This document shows positions 11,730 to 22,807 of a stretch of 31,786 nt of DNA, one piece after another. Each line of letters starts with the position of its first letter. Position 1 is the stretch's first letter. The position numbers and the translations under genes are program-made. Origin of the DNA: Fonticula alba ATCC 38817 (lineage: Eukaryota > Protista > Nucleariida); NCBI GenBank assembly GCA_000388065.2, contig KB932207.1; one strand, written 5' to 3'. A model generated the notes under the pieces. That model was not told the DNA's origin and did no database searches. It was given only the letters and a program-made list of their open reading frames with translations.

Positions 11730-12700
11730 ATGTCTGCTGGCTCTGAGAAGCGGCCCGCCACTGGCGCCGCGGCCCCCGAGGATCGTGACTCGAAGCGCAG
11801 CCGCCCGGCTGACAATCCGAATGAGGTCCGTCGCTCACGGGGTCGAGGTTGCGTCTCGCTGGGCGCCCCCCCCCCCTTCCCCCGGCTGTGTCGCTGCTCG
11901 CCCTGGTCCTTGCCCTGTCCCGATGTCCGTGCTCACTCGCCGCTTCGATCCCCCCCTCGCCTGGCCTTTGTCCGGGTGTCGCTGGCCGGCGCAAGCCAGG
12001 CCGTCGTCATGATGCCGACCGGCGCCACCAATGACTGGCTCGAAGTGGAGGCCCTTCTCGCCGAGGCCCTGAAGGAGAAAGGTGCGGCCCGAGCCCAAGT
12101 GGCCCGGTGCGTGTACGCGCACGGGGGGGGGGGGGAAAAAAAAGAAGAAGAAGAAAAGGCCTCCCCCTTCTGCCCTGCTCGGCCTTCCGCTGACATGCCT
12201 TTCCGCCGGCACTGGGCCCCTCCTGCGCCCCGGCTGACCGGCAGAGAACCACAATGCCGTGCGCTTTGCGGCCCTGCTCCAGGGCACGATTCACGAGTGC
12301 CAGCGCCTGCTGCGGGCCTTCCCTCGGACCTCGGCGGCGCGGGTGCGCGTGGCGGTCGGCGACAATGGCCAGCCCCTTCGAGATGCCGAGGTCCTGAAGC
12401 AGGCCTTCCTGGCGAGCCCGGGCGGCGTGTTCCGTGTCTTTGGCGATGCCCTGCGCGAGTATGCCTACCTGCACCACCTGTACCCGAATGAGGCGATGCT
12501 GCATGCCGGGGCGGCGGGGGGCGACGCGCCGGCCGAGGAGACCACGGTCAACTACCTGCTGGCGGCCATGCAATGCTATGAGCTGGGTCTGGCGCAGACC
12601 GGTGACGCCGGGCTGCGGGCCCTGCTGCCCGAGCTGCCGGTGTCCTTCTTCGGCGCGGAGCTGGACCTGTCCACGGCCGACGCGCTGGATGAGGGCCCGT

Positions 12701-12742
<42 letters not shown>

Positions 12743-13086
12743 AGACTGTCGCCGCCTCGGAGTCCGATGCCGCTGAGGATCGTCTCTGGCGCGACATGCA
12801 TGCCCTGCATCTGGCTCTGTCGGCGGCGGCGGCCTCGAGCGAGGCATCGGCCCTGATGTTCGCCGAGGAGTATGACGCGTTCAACGAGCAGGCCGGGGCG
12901 GCCTCCGACGGTGCGCCCCGGGCGCCCACCTTCCCCCTGGGCAATGCCTTGTGTGATCGTGCGCAGGCCATCGTCAAGTGCGTTTTCCCCTTCTGGCTGC
13001 CGCGTTGTCCATGTCTTCCTCCCCCTGCTCCTCCTGCTCACGCGTATCCTGCCGTCTGATGTGCGTTTCCGTGCATCCCCGTTCGC

Positions 13087-13118
<32 letters not shown>

Positions 13119-14392
13119 ATGTTTTTCGATGCATGCACACCCGAACGCCGGTATATGCCTGCACCCACGGACGCACCGGCACGCGTGCAATGTGTCCATG
13201 GATCCACCGGTCATGCGCGCAGCCACATCACCCGCCCCAGTGGCCCCTTCCATGTGGAGTACTTCTGGCTGGTACGCAAGCTGGTGGAGTACATCGGCCG
13301 GGTGCACGACACGCACGAGGCCTTCATCCAAATGGAGGACGAAGACACCGAGGCCACTCCCGGGTCGCCGGGTGCTGCCGGCGCCCGTGTCAGTGAGCTC
13401 TGCTGCCAGCTGGCCGAGTGGCTGATCTGCAAGGGTACGCGCGCGTGCTGCCTTTGGCGACTTGGGCCATCCCGCCGGCCCCCGCCCNNNNNNNNNNNNN
13501 NNNNNNNNNNNNNNNNNNNNNNNNNNNNNNNNNNNNNNNNNNNNNNNNNNNNNNNNNNNNNNNNNNNNNNNNNNNNNNNNNNNNNNNNNNNNNNNNNNNN
13601 NNNNNNNNNNNNNNNNNNNNNNNNNNNNNNNNNNNNNNNNNNNNNNNNNNNNNNNNNNNNNNNNNNNNNNNNNNNNNNNNNNNNNNNNNNNNNNNNNNNN
13701 NNNNNNNNNNNNNNNNNNNNNNNNNNNNNNNNNNNNNNNNNNNNNNNNNNNNNNNNNNNNNNNNNNNNNNNNNNNNNNNNNNNNNNNNNNNNNNNNNNNN
13801 NNNNNNNNNNNNNNNNNNNNNNNNNNNNNNNNNNNNNCCCCCCCCGCCTCCCGCCCCGGCTCGGCAGCCATCCGCATCATCAAGCACGCTCTCAAGCGGG
13901 CCTTGACCAACCGCGATCTCACCCCGGAGGACATGGCCGACATCTATGTGTGGGTACGGACGGCTTTCGCCTGCCGGCCTGGGCACTGTCTCCCTCCCGG
14001 GCCGGACATAGCCATCTCGGAGGCCGGTCTCCTCTCGCCCTCCCGCCTCCTCCTTCCCTGTCTAATGTTCGCACCATGTCCCCTGCCCTCCCCCCCCCCC
14101 CCTTCCCGCGATGCAGCTGTCCGAGGCCTACCTCCTGCGCATGGATGCCGACCGTGCCCTGCTGGCCATGACCAAGGCCCGGGGCTTCCGCCCGAACTTG
14201 GACGAGGCGCTGTTTGACCTGATCACCGAGCAGAAGGCCGCCAATGAGGCCGAGGGCCTGACCGAGGACTTCGAGGATGTGGCCGACAGTTCGGCCAACG
14301 GCTTCGACGATGAAAGCGACCCGCACTTGCTGCCGCTCGACCAGCCGGAGCGCCGATGCACCGACACCAACCTCTTCTTCAAGGCCGACTAG
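11730..14392 (+). CDS. ETT1: Ett1/Nro1-like protein (enhancer of translation termination / negative regulator of Ofd1), ~488 aa, 6 exons
   Basis: Exons 11730-11825, 12000-12081, 12245-12977, 13241-13434, 13868-13953 and 14117-14392 are in frame (1467 nt). Matches to yeast Ett1 as I recall it: LLQGTIHECQRLLR vs LNGIVHECDRLLR, FRVFGDALREY vs FHGIYALALSEL, YLLAAMQCYELGL vs FFESAIERVELGL, DIYVWLSEAYL vs DTWVQVAEAYI. The N-terminus is basic (KRP...KRSR). Confidence 0.72.
12703..12741 (+). repeat. (GCG)13 encoding poly-Ala in ETT1-like exon 3
   Basis: Perfect trinucleotide run read directly. Confidence 0.95.
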
Positions 14393-14818
14393 GGGCGGCC
14401 TGAGCCCGCGAGAGGAGGTGCGGCACCCGCACTGCACACACATGCCCGTGTGCAGGCGTGTGTGTGTGTGTGTGTGCGCGCGCGCGCGCGCGAACATGGC
14501 CGTCCCTTCGGCCGGGGCACATGCGCTCCCATCAGTTCCACCCGTGCACGGCGCCCGTGCCCCACCACCCACAGTCCTGTCCAGTCGACTGGTCTCCTTC
14601 CCCCGCTTGCCCCCCCGTTCCTGGTGGTGGGTCGCCCTGTCCGCCTCTCGCCCCCTTCTGGGGCACTATGTGCCGGGCTCGGGGGCGAAAAAAAAATGGA
14701 ACTCGAGACCCGCACTTTCCCCACACAGTTGCTCTGCTGTTCTCGCCTCTCCTCTCGGTGGTCGGCGACGCGCGTGGAGCCGGGGCCTCGACGGCCAGCC
14801 CAGGCGGGAAAAAAGAAG

Positions 14819-14890
14819 TGGGGACTAGAGGGATCGAACCACTGACCGCTCGATCTGGAGTCGAGTGCTCTACCACTGAGCTAAGCCCCC
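14819..14890 (-). tRNA. trnW-CCA: tRNA-Trp (anticodon CCA), intronless, 72 nt
   Basis: The reverse complement is GGGGGCT TA GCTC AGTGGTA GAGC A CTCGA CTCCAGA TCGAG CGGTC AGTGG TTCGATC CCTCT AGTCCCC A, a full cloverleaf with one U-U mismatch in the T stem. A T6 terminator follows at 14814-14809. Confidence 0.95.
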
Positions 14891-15603
14891 TCGGCGTTGG
14901 GATCCCACATCGGGGCGGGGCATTTATCGCTTCCGCCAGAGACGGCAGGGGTGCCACCGCACCGCTCTGCCCCGCCCCGGCACGCCTGGTGATTGTGTGC
15001 TAACAAGCGCACGGTCGCAAGGGGCTGCGTGTGTCGGTGTGTGTGTGTGCGCGGGGCTCCTGTCCATGCCGGCTCCCCCGTGCCCCGAGGGGGGTGGAGG
15101 GACATTCGCCCGGGCGGCCCGGACGCAGGGGCGGCGGAACCCCCCCCCCTTGCCGGCAGCGGCAGATAATCACACATATGGGGGCGCGCCCGAGGCGTCG
15201 GCCGGCGCAGCAGGCCTATTCCCCTTGGCCGGGGGAGCCCTTCTCGGCTTTCCCGGGCTCGGGTGTTGCGGCATCGTGCGTTTCCCCGGAAGCCAGGGCC
15301 GGCAGATAGGGCTGTACGGCCGGCGCCGGGGAGGGAAGAACAAGGGGGCGATTTGCTGGGGGCACCGGTGTCCCGCGCCGCGGAGCCCCTCCCCTCGCAT
15401 ACCCCGCAATCGTCGGCCCGATCGGCGGTTTGCTTGTGGCTTCGGGGCCCGGGGGAATCGGCCGTCTCGTGGAGCGGACTGCCCGGCTTCCCACACTTCG
15501 CAGGTCGCGCCGCATGGAGGCATGTAGCCAGCGAGCGAGCTACCGCCAGGCCGAAGGGGCTGACATCCCCCTCGCTGTCGGTCGGTCTTTGGTGGTGGTC
15601 CTG

Positions 15604-15642
<39 letters not shown>

Positions 15643-15643
15643 C
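15604..15643. repeat. (CTGC)10 microsatellite
   Basis: Perfect tetranucleotide run read directly. Confidence 0.95.
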
Positions 15644-16666
15644 GGGCGCCGGGGCCGCCCCCGGGCGGCTGTCGGGCGATTGGGCCGCGGAGTGCCCGGG
15701 CCCTTATCAAAGGCCGAGTGATTGTGTGGACCGTAAATGCCCGGCGTCTCGGGGGCGNNNNNNNNNNGTGTGGACCGTAAATGCCCGGCGTCTCGGGGGC
15801 GGACGGGGGGGGGGGGGGGGGGGCATGCCGGGCGCGGCGCCCCTTGTGTCGGTGCATGGGCCGGGGAATCCTCCGTGTTCGGCATTCTTCATGGGGGGTG
15901 AGGCTGGCATGCCGGCCGGATAAGGGGGAGCTCCCTCCGCCCGGGAGTTGGTGCTTGGGGCAATGCGGAGGGGTGCATCTGTGGAGGAGGGTGGCGCACC
16001 TGCCGACATCCGGGGGCGGGCCTGCCGCACAGATGGACGGGCTCTCGCTGGTGGGGCCAGCGAGGGGGCGGTGGGGAGGCCTTGTGCAACCTGCGATCTG
16101 CCCCGGTACCCTGGCGCTGGCCGGGCCCCTGCGACCGATCCTCGCCGCGCCGCTCGTCAGTTAGCTGGGGGAGGATGCCCGGGGGGGGGGGGGGGGGGCG
16201 TGGTTGCCAGAGCGGCCCTGGGCCCCCTCTTTGGGGCCCCCGGGCGCGCGAGACCCCCGGGCGAGAGGTGTCCGGGCGAGGGGCGAGGCGGGGGCCGGCG
16301 CACAATAATGGGCTCACCCGGCGTTGCCAGTTGGCACATTGACCTGTCCTGGTGAGTCACTCTGTTGCCCTACAGCTGGGTGGGCGTGATGTGCGCGAGG
16401 TCCCGGCGCCCTGCCTCGGGATGCATGGCGGTGGGGGGGGGGGGGCGGGCGGATGACCCCGGTGCCGGAGTCGATGACCGAGGCCTGGGGCGGTCCCCGG
16501 CTCGGCGCCTGCCCTGGCCGGCGGGTGCTTGTATGGACAGGCCGGCTGGCGGGTGCGAGCCGGCTCGCGAGGCGAAGGGCGGAGGGGGAGGGCCAGGAGA
16601 ATGGTGCCGGTCACTTGGCCCTCGGTCACCCCTCGCCGGCCGCCCACGGGGTGCCAATTGTGACAG

Positions 16667-16698
<32 letters not shown>

Positions 16699-19600
16699 GT
16701 ATGTGTGTGTGAGCGTGGTACCGGCCCATGTAAGCCCAGGGCCCCATGGTGTCTGCCCTGCGCCGCGACCGGCACCGGAGAGCGCAGGCGGCCCCCATAC
16801 CTTTCCCCCAAGGGGGCCCCCGTGCGACGCCGGTGACCTGCCGCGCGACGTGGCCCAGCTGCCGGGGCGCGAGTCCGCCCCGGCGCATGGAGGGGAGAGG
16901 GGCCACTGGCGGAGTGCCTCGGGGCGCTGCCACCGCCCGGGGGGGGGGGGGGGGGGGGGGGGGGGCCGGGGGCGCCGCGCGCACACGGAGGCAACCCCAA
17001 CCAAAAAGAGGGAGCGGGAACCAAGGCGCAAGCACGCCAGCAAAAAAAATACAGGAAGTACGAAGGGGCGGCGGAGATCAAAAGACGGGGCGGCCGTGAG
17101 CTCATGGGTGGGGGGGGGGGGGGGGGGGGGGGAGGCAGGGGCGCGCGGGGCGCGCCAGGCGCACGTAGCCCACATACTCCCCAGGCCGGGGAGCGTCACG
17201 TATGTGGGTGCCGCCGTGTTCGGGCGCCTGGCGTGGGAGGGGGCCACGGGTGCCCCGGGGGCGAGGCGTCGGCACGTCGGACGGTCGACTGGAAGGGAGG
17301 GAAAACCGCCCGCGGGTGGCCCGGCGTCCGGGAGAGCCTTCTCGGGCGTGCTGAGGACGCACCACCCACATGTCGGCCGGTTCTGCCTGACATCATAGCC
17401 CTCGGGGAGGGGGGGNNNNNNNNNNNNNNNNNNNNNNNNNNNNNNNNNNNNNNNNNNNNNNNNNNNNNNNNNNNNNNNNNNNNNNNNNNNNNNNNNNNNN
17501 NNNNNNNNNNNNNNNNNNNNNNNNNNNNNNNNNNNNNNNNNNNNNNNNNNNNNNNNNNNNNNNNNNNNNNNNNNNNNNNNNNNNNNNNNNNNNNNNNNNN
17601 NNNNNNNNNNNNNNNNNNNNNNNNNNNNNNNNNNNNNNNNNNNNNNNNNNNNNNNNNNNNNNNNNNNNNNNNNNNNNNNNNNNNNNNNNNNNNNNNNNNN
17701 NNNNNNNNNNNNNNNNNNNNNNNNNNNNNNNNNNNNNNNNNNNNNNNNNNNNNNNNNNNNNNNNNNNNNNNNNNNNNNNNNNNNNNNNNNNNNNNNNNNN
17801 NNNNNNNNNNNNNNNNNNNNNNNNNNNNNNNNNNNNNNNNNNNNNGGGGGGGGGGGCGAGGACATGGGGCGGCTCCCCGGCCTTCACATGGGAACAGGCT
17901 GCCCGGGGTGTATACCGTGCCCCGCGTGCAGGGGGGCGGGGCAATGCGAGAGCCCTGCACGAGTCAGCAGGAGGGAACCCCGGGTCCTGGATCGCCTTCA
18001 CGCCTCCCACTCCCCCTTTCCCGGGGGCATGCCTGTGTCTGTCTGTCTGTCTCAATGTCTGTCTCAATGTCTGTCTCAATGTCTGTCTTTGTGTAAATGC
18101 ATGTGCTTGTGCGTGTGTCAGTCGGCAAAGGGGCGAGGGGGCCAGGATGGCCCTCGGGCCGGGCGCCCATGGGCCGGCCGCACCGGTGACATATTGGCCA
18201 TGGCCCCGCGCCACTGCCCGGTGGCAGGAAAGAAAGGCCCGGGCCGCTCGTCGTCTGGGAGTGCTTCCGGCCGGGCCGGATGACGCCCGGTCGAATGAGG
18301 CCGCATCCCTTTGGCGCTGGGGCCTTCTCCCCTGGCTGATCATATCCCTCGGTCCGAGAACCCGGCCGGCTATCTCTGCCGCCCCCAAGCCGGGCGGCCC
18401 ACGGGGGAGGGGTGGGGGAGACGAACGGGCGATCCTGGCGCGAGGGCGGCACGGCAATGGCGGCCGAAGGCCCGCCGGCTGGCCGGCCCCCAAGATACGC
18501 ATCCTGCCTACCTGCCACAGCCATGGCGACCGTGCTGCGCGTGGTCAGGGCGCCCCGGGCTGCTGCTGGACCAGAAATCGGATGTGCATGCGGGAGGGGC
18601 GCGGGGACGGGGCGGGGGGAGGGGGAAGGCGGAAGCCGGGCGCCAGGGTCCCCGCGCAATGCCGGCGAAAACCTCCAGCTACTGAGCCGCGCCGCGGGCG
18701 TGCTCCGGGCCGGGGGCCGGGGCCGGGCGAGGGTGAGGTAATGGGCGGTCACCGGGGGCCCCATGACTTGGCTGCTGCTGCTGCTGCTGCCCGGGCGTGC
18801 AGGCGCCTTTTGCCCGAAGCCGGCATGGGCCGCCTTTTCCCCGGCGATCTTGGCACGCGAGTCGCGGCGGCCCCGGCCGGCGCGGGGGGGGGGGGGGGCG
18901 CTCCGGGAGCGCCTCGAGCCACCCCGGACCCGAGCACGCCCCAAAGCGGCGCACGCATGCCCGGGCCTGCCTGGCCCGGCCCATGCTGTGTGGCCCCTGC
19001 CTCGTGCGTGGCCAGGCTCCTGTGCTTGGTCCGGCGTGGAGGCCGGTCCACCCGGGGGTGGGGGTGGGCCGCGCCGCGCCGGGGGAAGGCGGACCCGAAG
19101 GAGCCCCCTATGGCATGTACGGGGGGCGCGCGAGGTCCGGCGCGACGGGCAAGCCACCGCCTACCCCCATCAGCGCCGGGCGCGACCCGCGGCTCGCCCC
19201 CCCGCCCTCCCCCCCACAGAGAGAGTTATTCGGCCTGAGGGTGGCCGCGCCTGCCCGGCACGCGGGGCCGCCCGTCTTCAGGCATGTGTGTGTGTGTGTG
19301 TGTGTGTGTCCGCCTGTGCATTCACCCATGTGCACCTGGCACATGCCGAAGCTCCTCTCGGGCGCAGCCCCCTGGGCACGCCGGCGGGCGCTTCGCCGGA
19401 CCCCTCGCCCGGGTGACCCCCGGCNNNNNNNNNNNNNNNNNNNNNNNNNNNNNNNNNNNNNNNNNNNNNNNNNNNNNNNNNNNNNNNNNNNNNNNNNNNN
19501 NNNNNNNNNNNNNNNNNNNNNNNNNNNNNNNNNNNNNNNNNNNNNNNNNNNNNNNNNNNNNNNNNNNNNNNNNNNNNNNNNNNNNNNNNNNNNNNNNNNN

Positions 19601-20264
19601 NNNNNNNNNNNNNNNNNNNNNNNNNNNNNNNNNNNNNNNNNNNNNNNNNNNNNNNNNNNNNNNNNNNNNNNNNNNNNNNNNNNNNNNNNNNNNNNNNNNN
19701 NNNNNNNNNNNNNNNNNNNNNNNNNNNNNNNNNNNNNNNNNNNNNNNNNNNNNNNNNNNNNNNNNNNNNNNNNNNNNNNNNNNNNNNNNNNNNNNNNNNN
19801 NNNNNNNNNNNNNNNNNNNNNNNNNNNNNNNNNNNNNNNNNNNNNNNNNNNNNNNNNNNNNNNNNNNNNNNNNNNNNNNNNNNNNNNNNNNNNNNNNNNN
19901 NNNNNNNNNNNNNNNNNNNNNNNNNNNNNNNNNNNNNNNNNNNNNNNNNNNNNNNNNNNNNNNNNNNNNNNNNNNNNNNNNNNNNNNNNNNNNNNNNNNN
20001 NNNNNNNNNNNNNNNNNNNNNNNNNNNNNNNNNNNNNNNNNNNNNNNNNNNNNNNNNNNNNNNNNNNNNNNNNNNNNNNNNNNNNNNNNNNNNNNNNNNN
20101 NNNNNNNNNNNNNNNNNNNNNNNNNNNNNNNNNNNNNNNNNNNNNNNNNNNNNNNNNNNNNNNNNNNNNNNNNNNNNNNNNNNNNNNNNNNNNNNNNNNN
20201 NNNNNNNNNNNNNNNNNNNNNNNNNNNNNNNNNNNNNNNNNNNNNNNNNNNNNNNNNNNNNNNN

Positions 20265-20394
20265 GGGGGGGGGGCTTGTTCACTTACTAGTGCGCTTGCC
20301 CGCTGCCGCTGCCTCGGCCTCCTGTTTTTGGGGGGGGGGCTTGTTCACTTACTAGTGCGCTTGCCCGCTGCCGCTGCCTCGGCCTCCTGTTTTT
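20265..20394. repeat. Two copies of a ~65-bp unit at the edge of an assembly gap
   Basis: G-run + CTTGTTCACTTACTAGTGCGCTTGCCCGCTGCCGCTGCCTCGGCCTCCTGTTTTT occurs at ~20275 and ~20340. It may be a gap-filling artefact. Confidence 0.8.
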
Positions 20395-20646
20395 CCTGTG
20401 TCCTTGTGGGTAACTGCTCCGCGCGGCTGGGCCCCGAGTGCGCCCTGGCCACCCTTGTGGCGTGGTTAGCGTGTCGCTCCATGGCGCAGGGGGCCGTGCG
20501 GCCATGGCTGTGAGAGGGCAGCCCACCACGGACCGGGGGCCGGGGTCCGCCTCTGCCTCCCCGCCCCCCGGTGAGGCATGGGATGCGGATGGGGTGCGCA
20601 CGGATGCGTACAAGCACACACACACAGGCATACACACATGCTCGTT

Positions 20647-20998
20647 GGCGCACGTTCGCGGGTTACGCGCGCATGCACTCCCCGCACGTGCCCCCACATG
20701 CCGGGCCGGGGCCGGGGCCGGGGCCGGAAGACGCCCGGCCGGGGCGGGCCGTTTGGGAGGTGCGTGTGACCGATACAGCCCACAATTGTTCTGACGATCG
20801 GCCAAATTCTCACGCCCGTGTAGGCGCACGTTCGCGGGTTACGCGCGCATGCACTCCCCGCACGTGCCCCCACATGCCGGGCCGGGGCCGGGGCCGGGGC
20901 CGGAAGACGCCCGGCCGGGGCGGGCCGTTTGGGAGGTGCGTGTGACCGATACAGCCCACAATTGTTCTGACGATCGGCCAAATTCTCACGCCCGTGTA
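20647..20998. repeat. Perfect 176-bp direct tandem duplication (2 copies)
   Basis: 20647-20822 and 20823-20998 are identical on base-by-base reading. Each copy contains a (GGGGCC)n stretch. Confidence 0.93.
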
Positions 20999-21590
20999 TG
21001 CGTGGGTGCGTGTGCCGCCATTGCGCCCCGCCCCCCNNNNNNNNNNNNNNNNNNNNNNNNNNNNNNNNNNNNNNNNNNNNNNNNNNNNNNNNNNNNNNNN
21101 NNNNNNNNNNNNNNNNNNNNNNNNNNNNNNNNNNNNNNNNNNNNNNNNNNNNNNNNNNNNNNNNNNNNNNNNNNNNNNNNNNNNNNNNNNNNNNNNNNNN
21201 NNNNNNNNNNNNNNNNNNNNNNNNNNNNNNNNNNNNNNNNNNNNNNNNNNNNNNNNNNNNNNNNNNNNNNNNNNNNNNNNNNNNNNNNNNNNNNNNNNNN
21301 NNNNNNNNNNNNNNNNNNNNNNNNNNNNNNNNNNNNNNNNNNNNNNNNNNNNNNNNNNNNNNNNNNNNNNNNNNNNNNNNNNNNNNNNNNNNNNNNNNNN
21401 NNNNNNNNNNNNNCCCCCCGCCCCAACCAAGTATGTCTCGCATCTGCGACACCGGCCCAGCCGTCTCGCCCTCGTATCCGGGTTCTTTTTTTTTCTCCAC
21501 CCACCGCGCTCACGGGCAATGCCCCGCACTGACCACCATGCTGTCCCTGTGCGGGTCGCCGCCCTGGCGCGCCGGGCGAAAAGGAAAGTC

Positions 21591-21956
21591 ATGCGGCGCA
21601 CCACCAGCTGGTTGAGCTGGAGCGCCGTGGCCACGGCTGCTCTGCTGGCGCTCCTCTCCAGCCATTATGCGACACTGGCCCGGCCGATCCCGGCCGGGTC
21701 GGCTGCCGCCCCCGCGGTGGCCATCCTTCCGGATGGCACCACCGGGGCTGATGCCGACGCTGACCAGCGCCTGCTGGTCAAGCTCAAGGCGGCCGCCGAT
21801 CAGGCTGCCGTGCGGGGCCCGGGCCCCAAGCCCCAAGACGATGGGTCCTCTCGGCGCGAGCAACGAGGTGCGTCGTCACTGCCGGCTGTGTCCCCGTCCC
21901 GGTCCCGCTTTCCCCGGCGCGAGCCGCATCGGTAGTTGCCCCGTGTGTGTGTGTGT

Positions 21957-21991
<35 letters not shown>

Positions 21992-22624
21992 TCTGTGTGT
22001 GTGTGTGTGTGTGTGCTTGTGTGTGCTTGTGTCCGTGGGGCCTTGTTCCTTGTCCTCCGCCCTCCTCTCCATCTCCACGCGGCTTCCGTGCCACCATTCT
22101 CCCGCATCCACAAGTGTCCGACCATGTCTCCAGCCAGGCGGCCGGGCAGCCGGGGGCCAGGGCCCTGTCATCCAAGTGAATGCGTGTGTGTGTGTGTGTG
22201 TGTCTATGTGTGCCTCTCTGCGTATTCGTGTCTGTGACCGTGTGGGAGCCCGCGCGCCAGCTTGATCGCACATCTGTCCGTGTGGGCAGGCACCTGGGTG
22301 CTTCGGGGCGCGCGCGCTTGTGTGTGTTTGTGCGTGTATGCACATACGTGTATCTGCGCGGAAGCACACACACACGCACGCGCAGGCAAGCAGGCCGGAC
22401 ACTGGCGCCGGCACCGGCAGCAACGTTGCCGTCGCCCCCCCCCCTCCCCTCTCCTCCCCGAGCACGATGGCGCCCGACCCTGCTGGCGCCGGGCCGCCCC
22501 CGCGCGTGGGTCGCCGCTTGACATCTGCGCGCGCACACACACGCACACAGCAAAGCAGCAATCTCATATTGATGACGCGCCACTCCCCTTCGCCCGCCGC
22601 CGCCCGGTGTTGCTTGGGCTCCCG

Positions 22625-22671
<47 letters not shown>

Positions 22672-22776
22672 CCTGGGTGCATGGACACCCGCGGGCGCTC
22701 GCATGCCCTCGTGCACACGCCTTTCGTCCCGCCCCTGGTCCCCCCTTGGCCTCCGGTGCCCCCCCCCCGCCCCCCT

Positions 22777-22807
<31 letters not shown>

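Noticed and set aside
14819-14890. tRNA-Trp next to a translation-termination gene, suggesting UGA readthrough or recoding
   Set aside because: The anticodon stem is a normal 5 bp, not the 4-bp variant linked to UGA decoding. Genes here end in TGA, TAG and TAA as in the standard code. The U-U pair in the T stem is a minor variant.
15718-15800. ~34-bp direct repeat on either side of an ~11-N gap
   Set aside because: This is the typical pattern of overlapping contig ends left unmerged by scaffolding.
16352-16375. 24-nt GTGAGT...CTACAG mini-intron candidate
   Set aside because: It is far shorter than any modelled intron, the donor does not fit this genome's GTNCG consensus, and the flanks are not coding-like.
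18235-18290. Frame reading PLVVWECF, faintly like the Tc1/mariner VMVWGCF motif
   Set aside because: The frame closes after about 25 codons, and I found no other DDE motifs or terminal inverted repeats.
20647-20998. CRISPR array or mobile-element termini
   Set aside because: There are only two adjacent copies with no spacers, no cas or transposase genes and no target-site duplications, and the DNA is eukaryotic.
22115-22505. Two possible extra exons in Kazal intron 1 (VSDHVSSQ... and PDTGAG...)
   Set aside because: The phases fit, but the donors (GTGAAT, GTGGGT) break the otherwise invariant consensus, and exon 1 joins 22951 in frame without them. Left out of the preferred model but not excluded.
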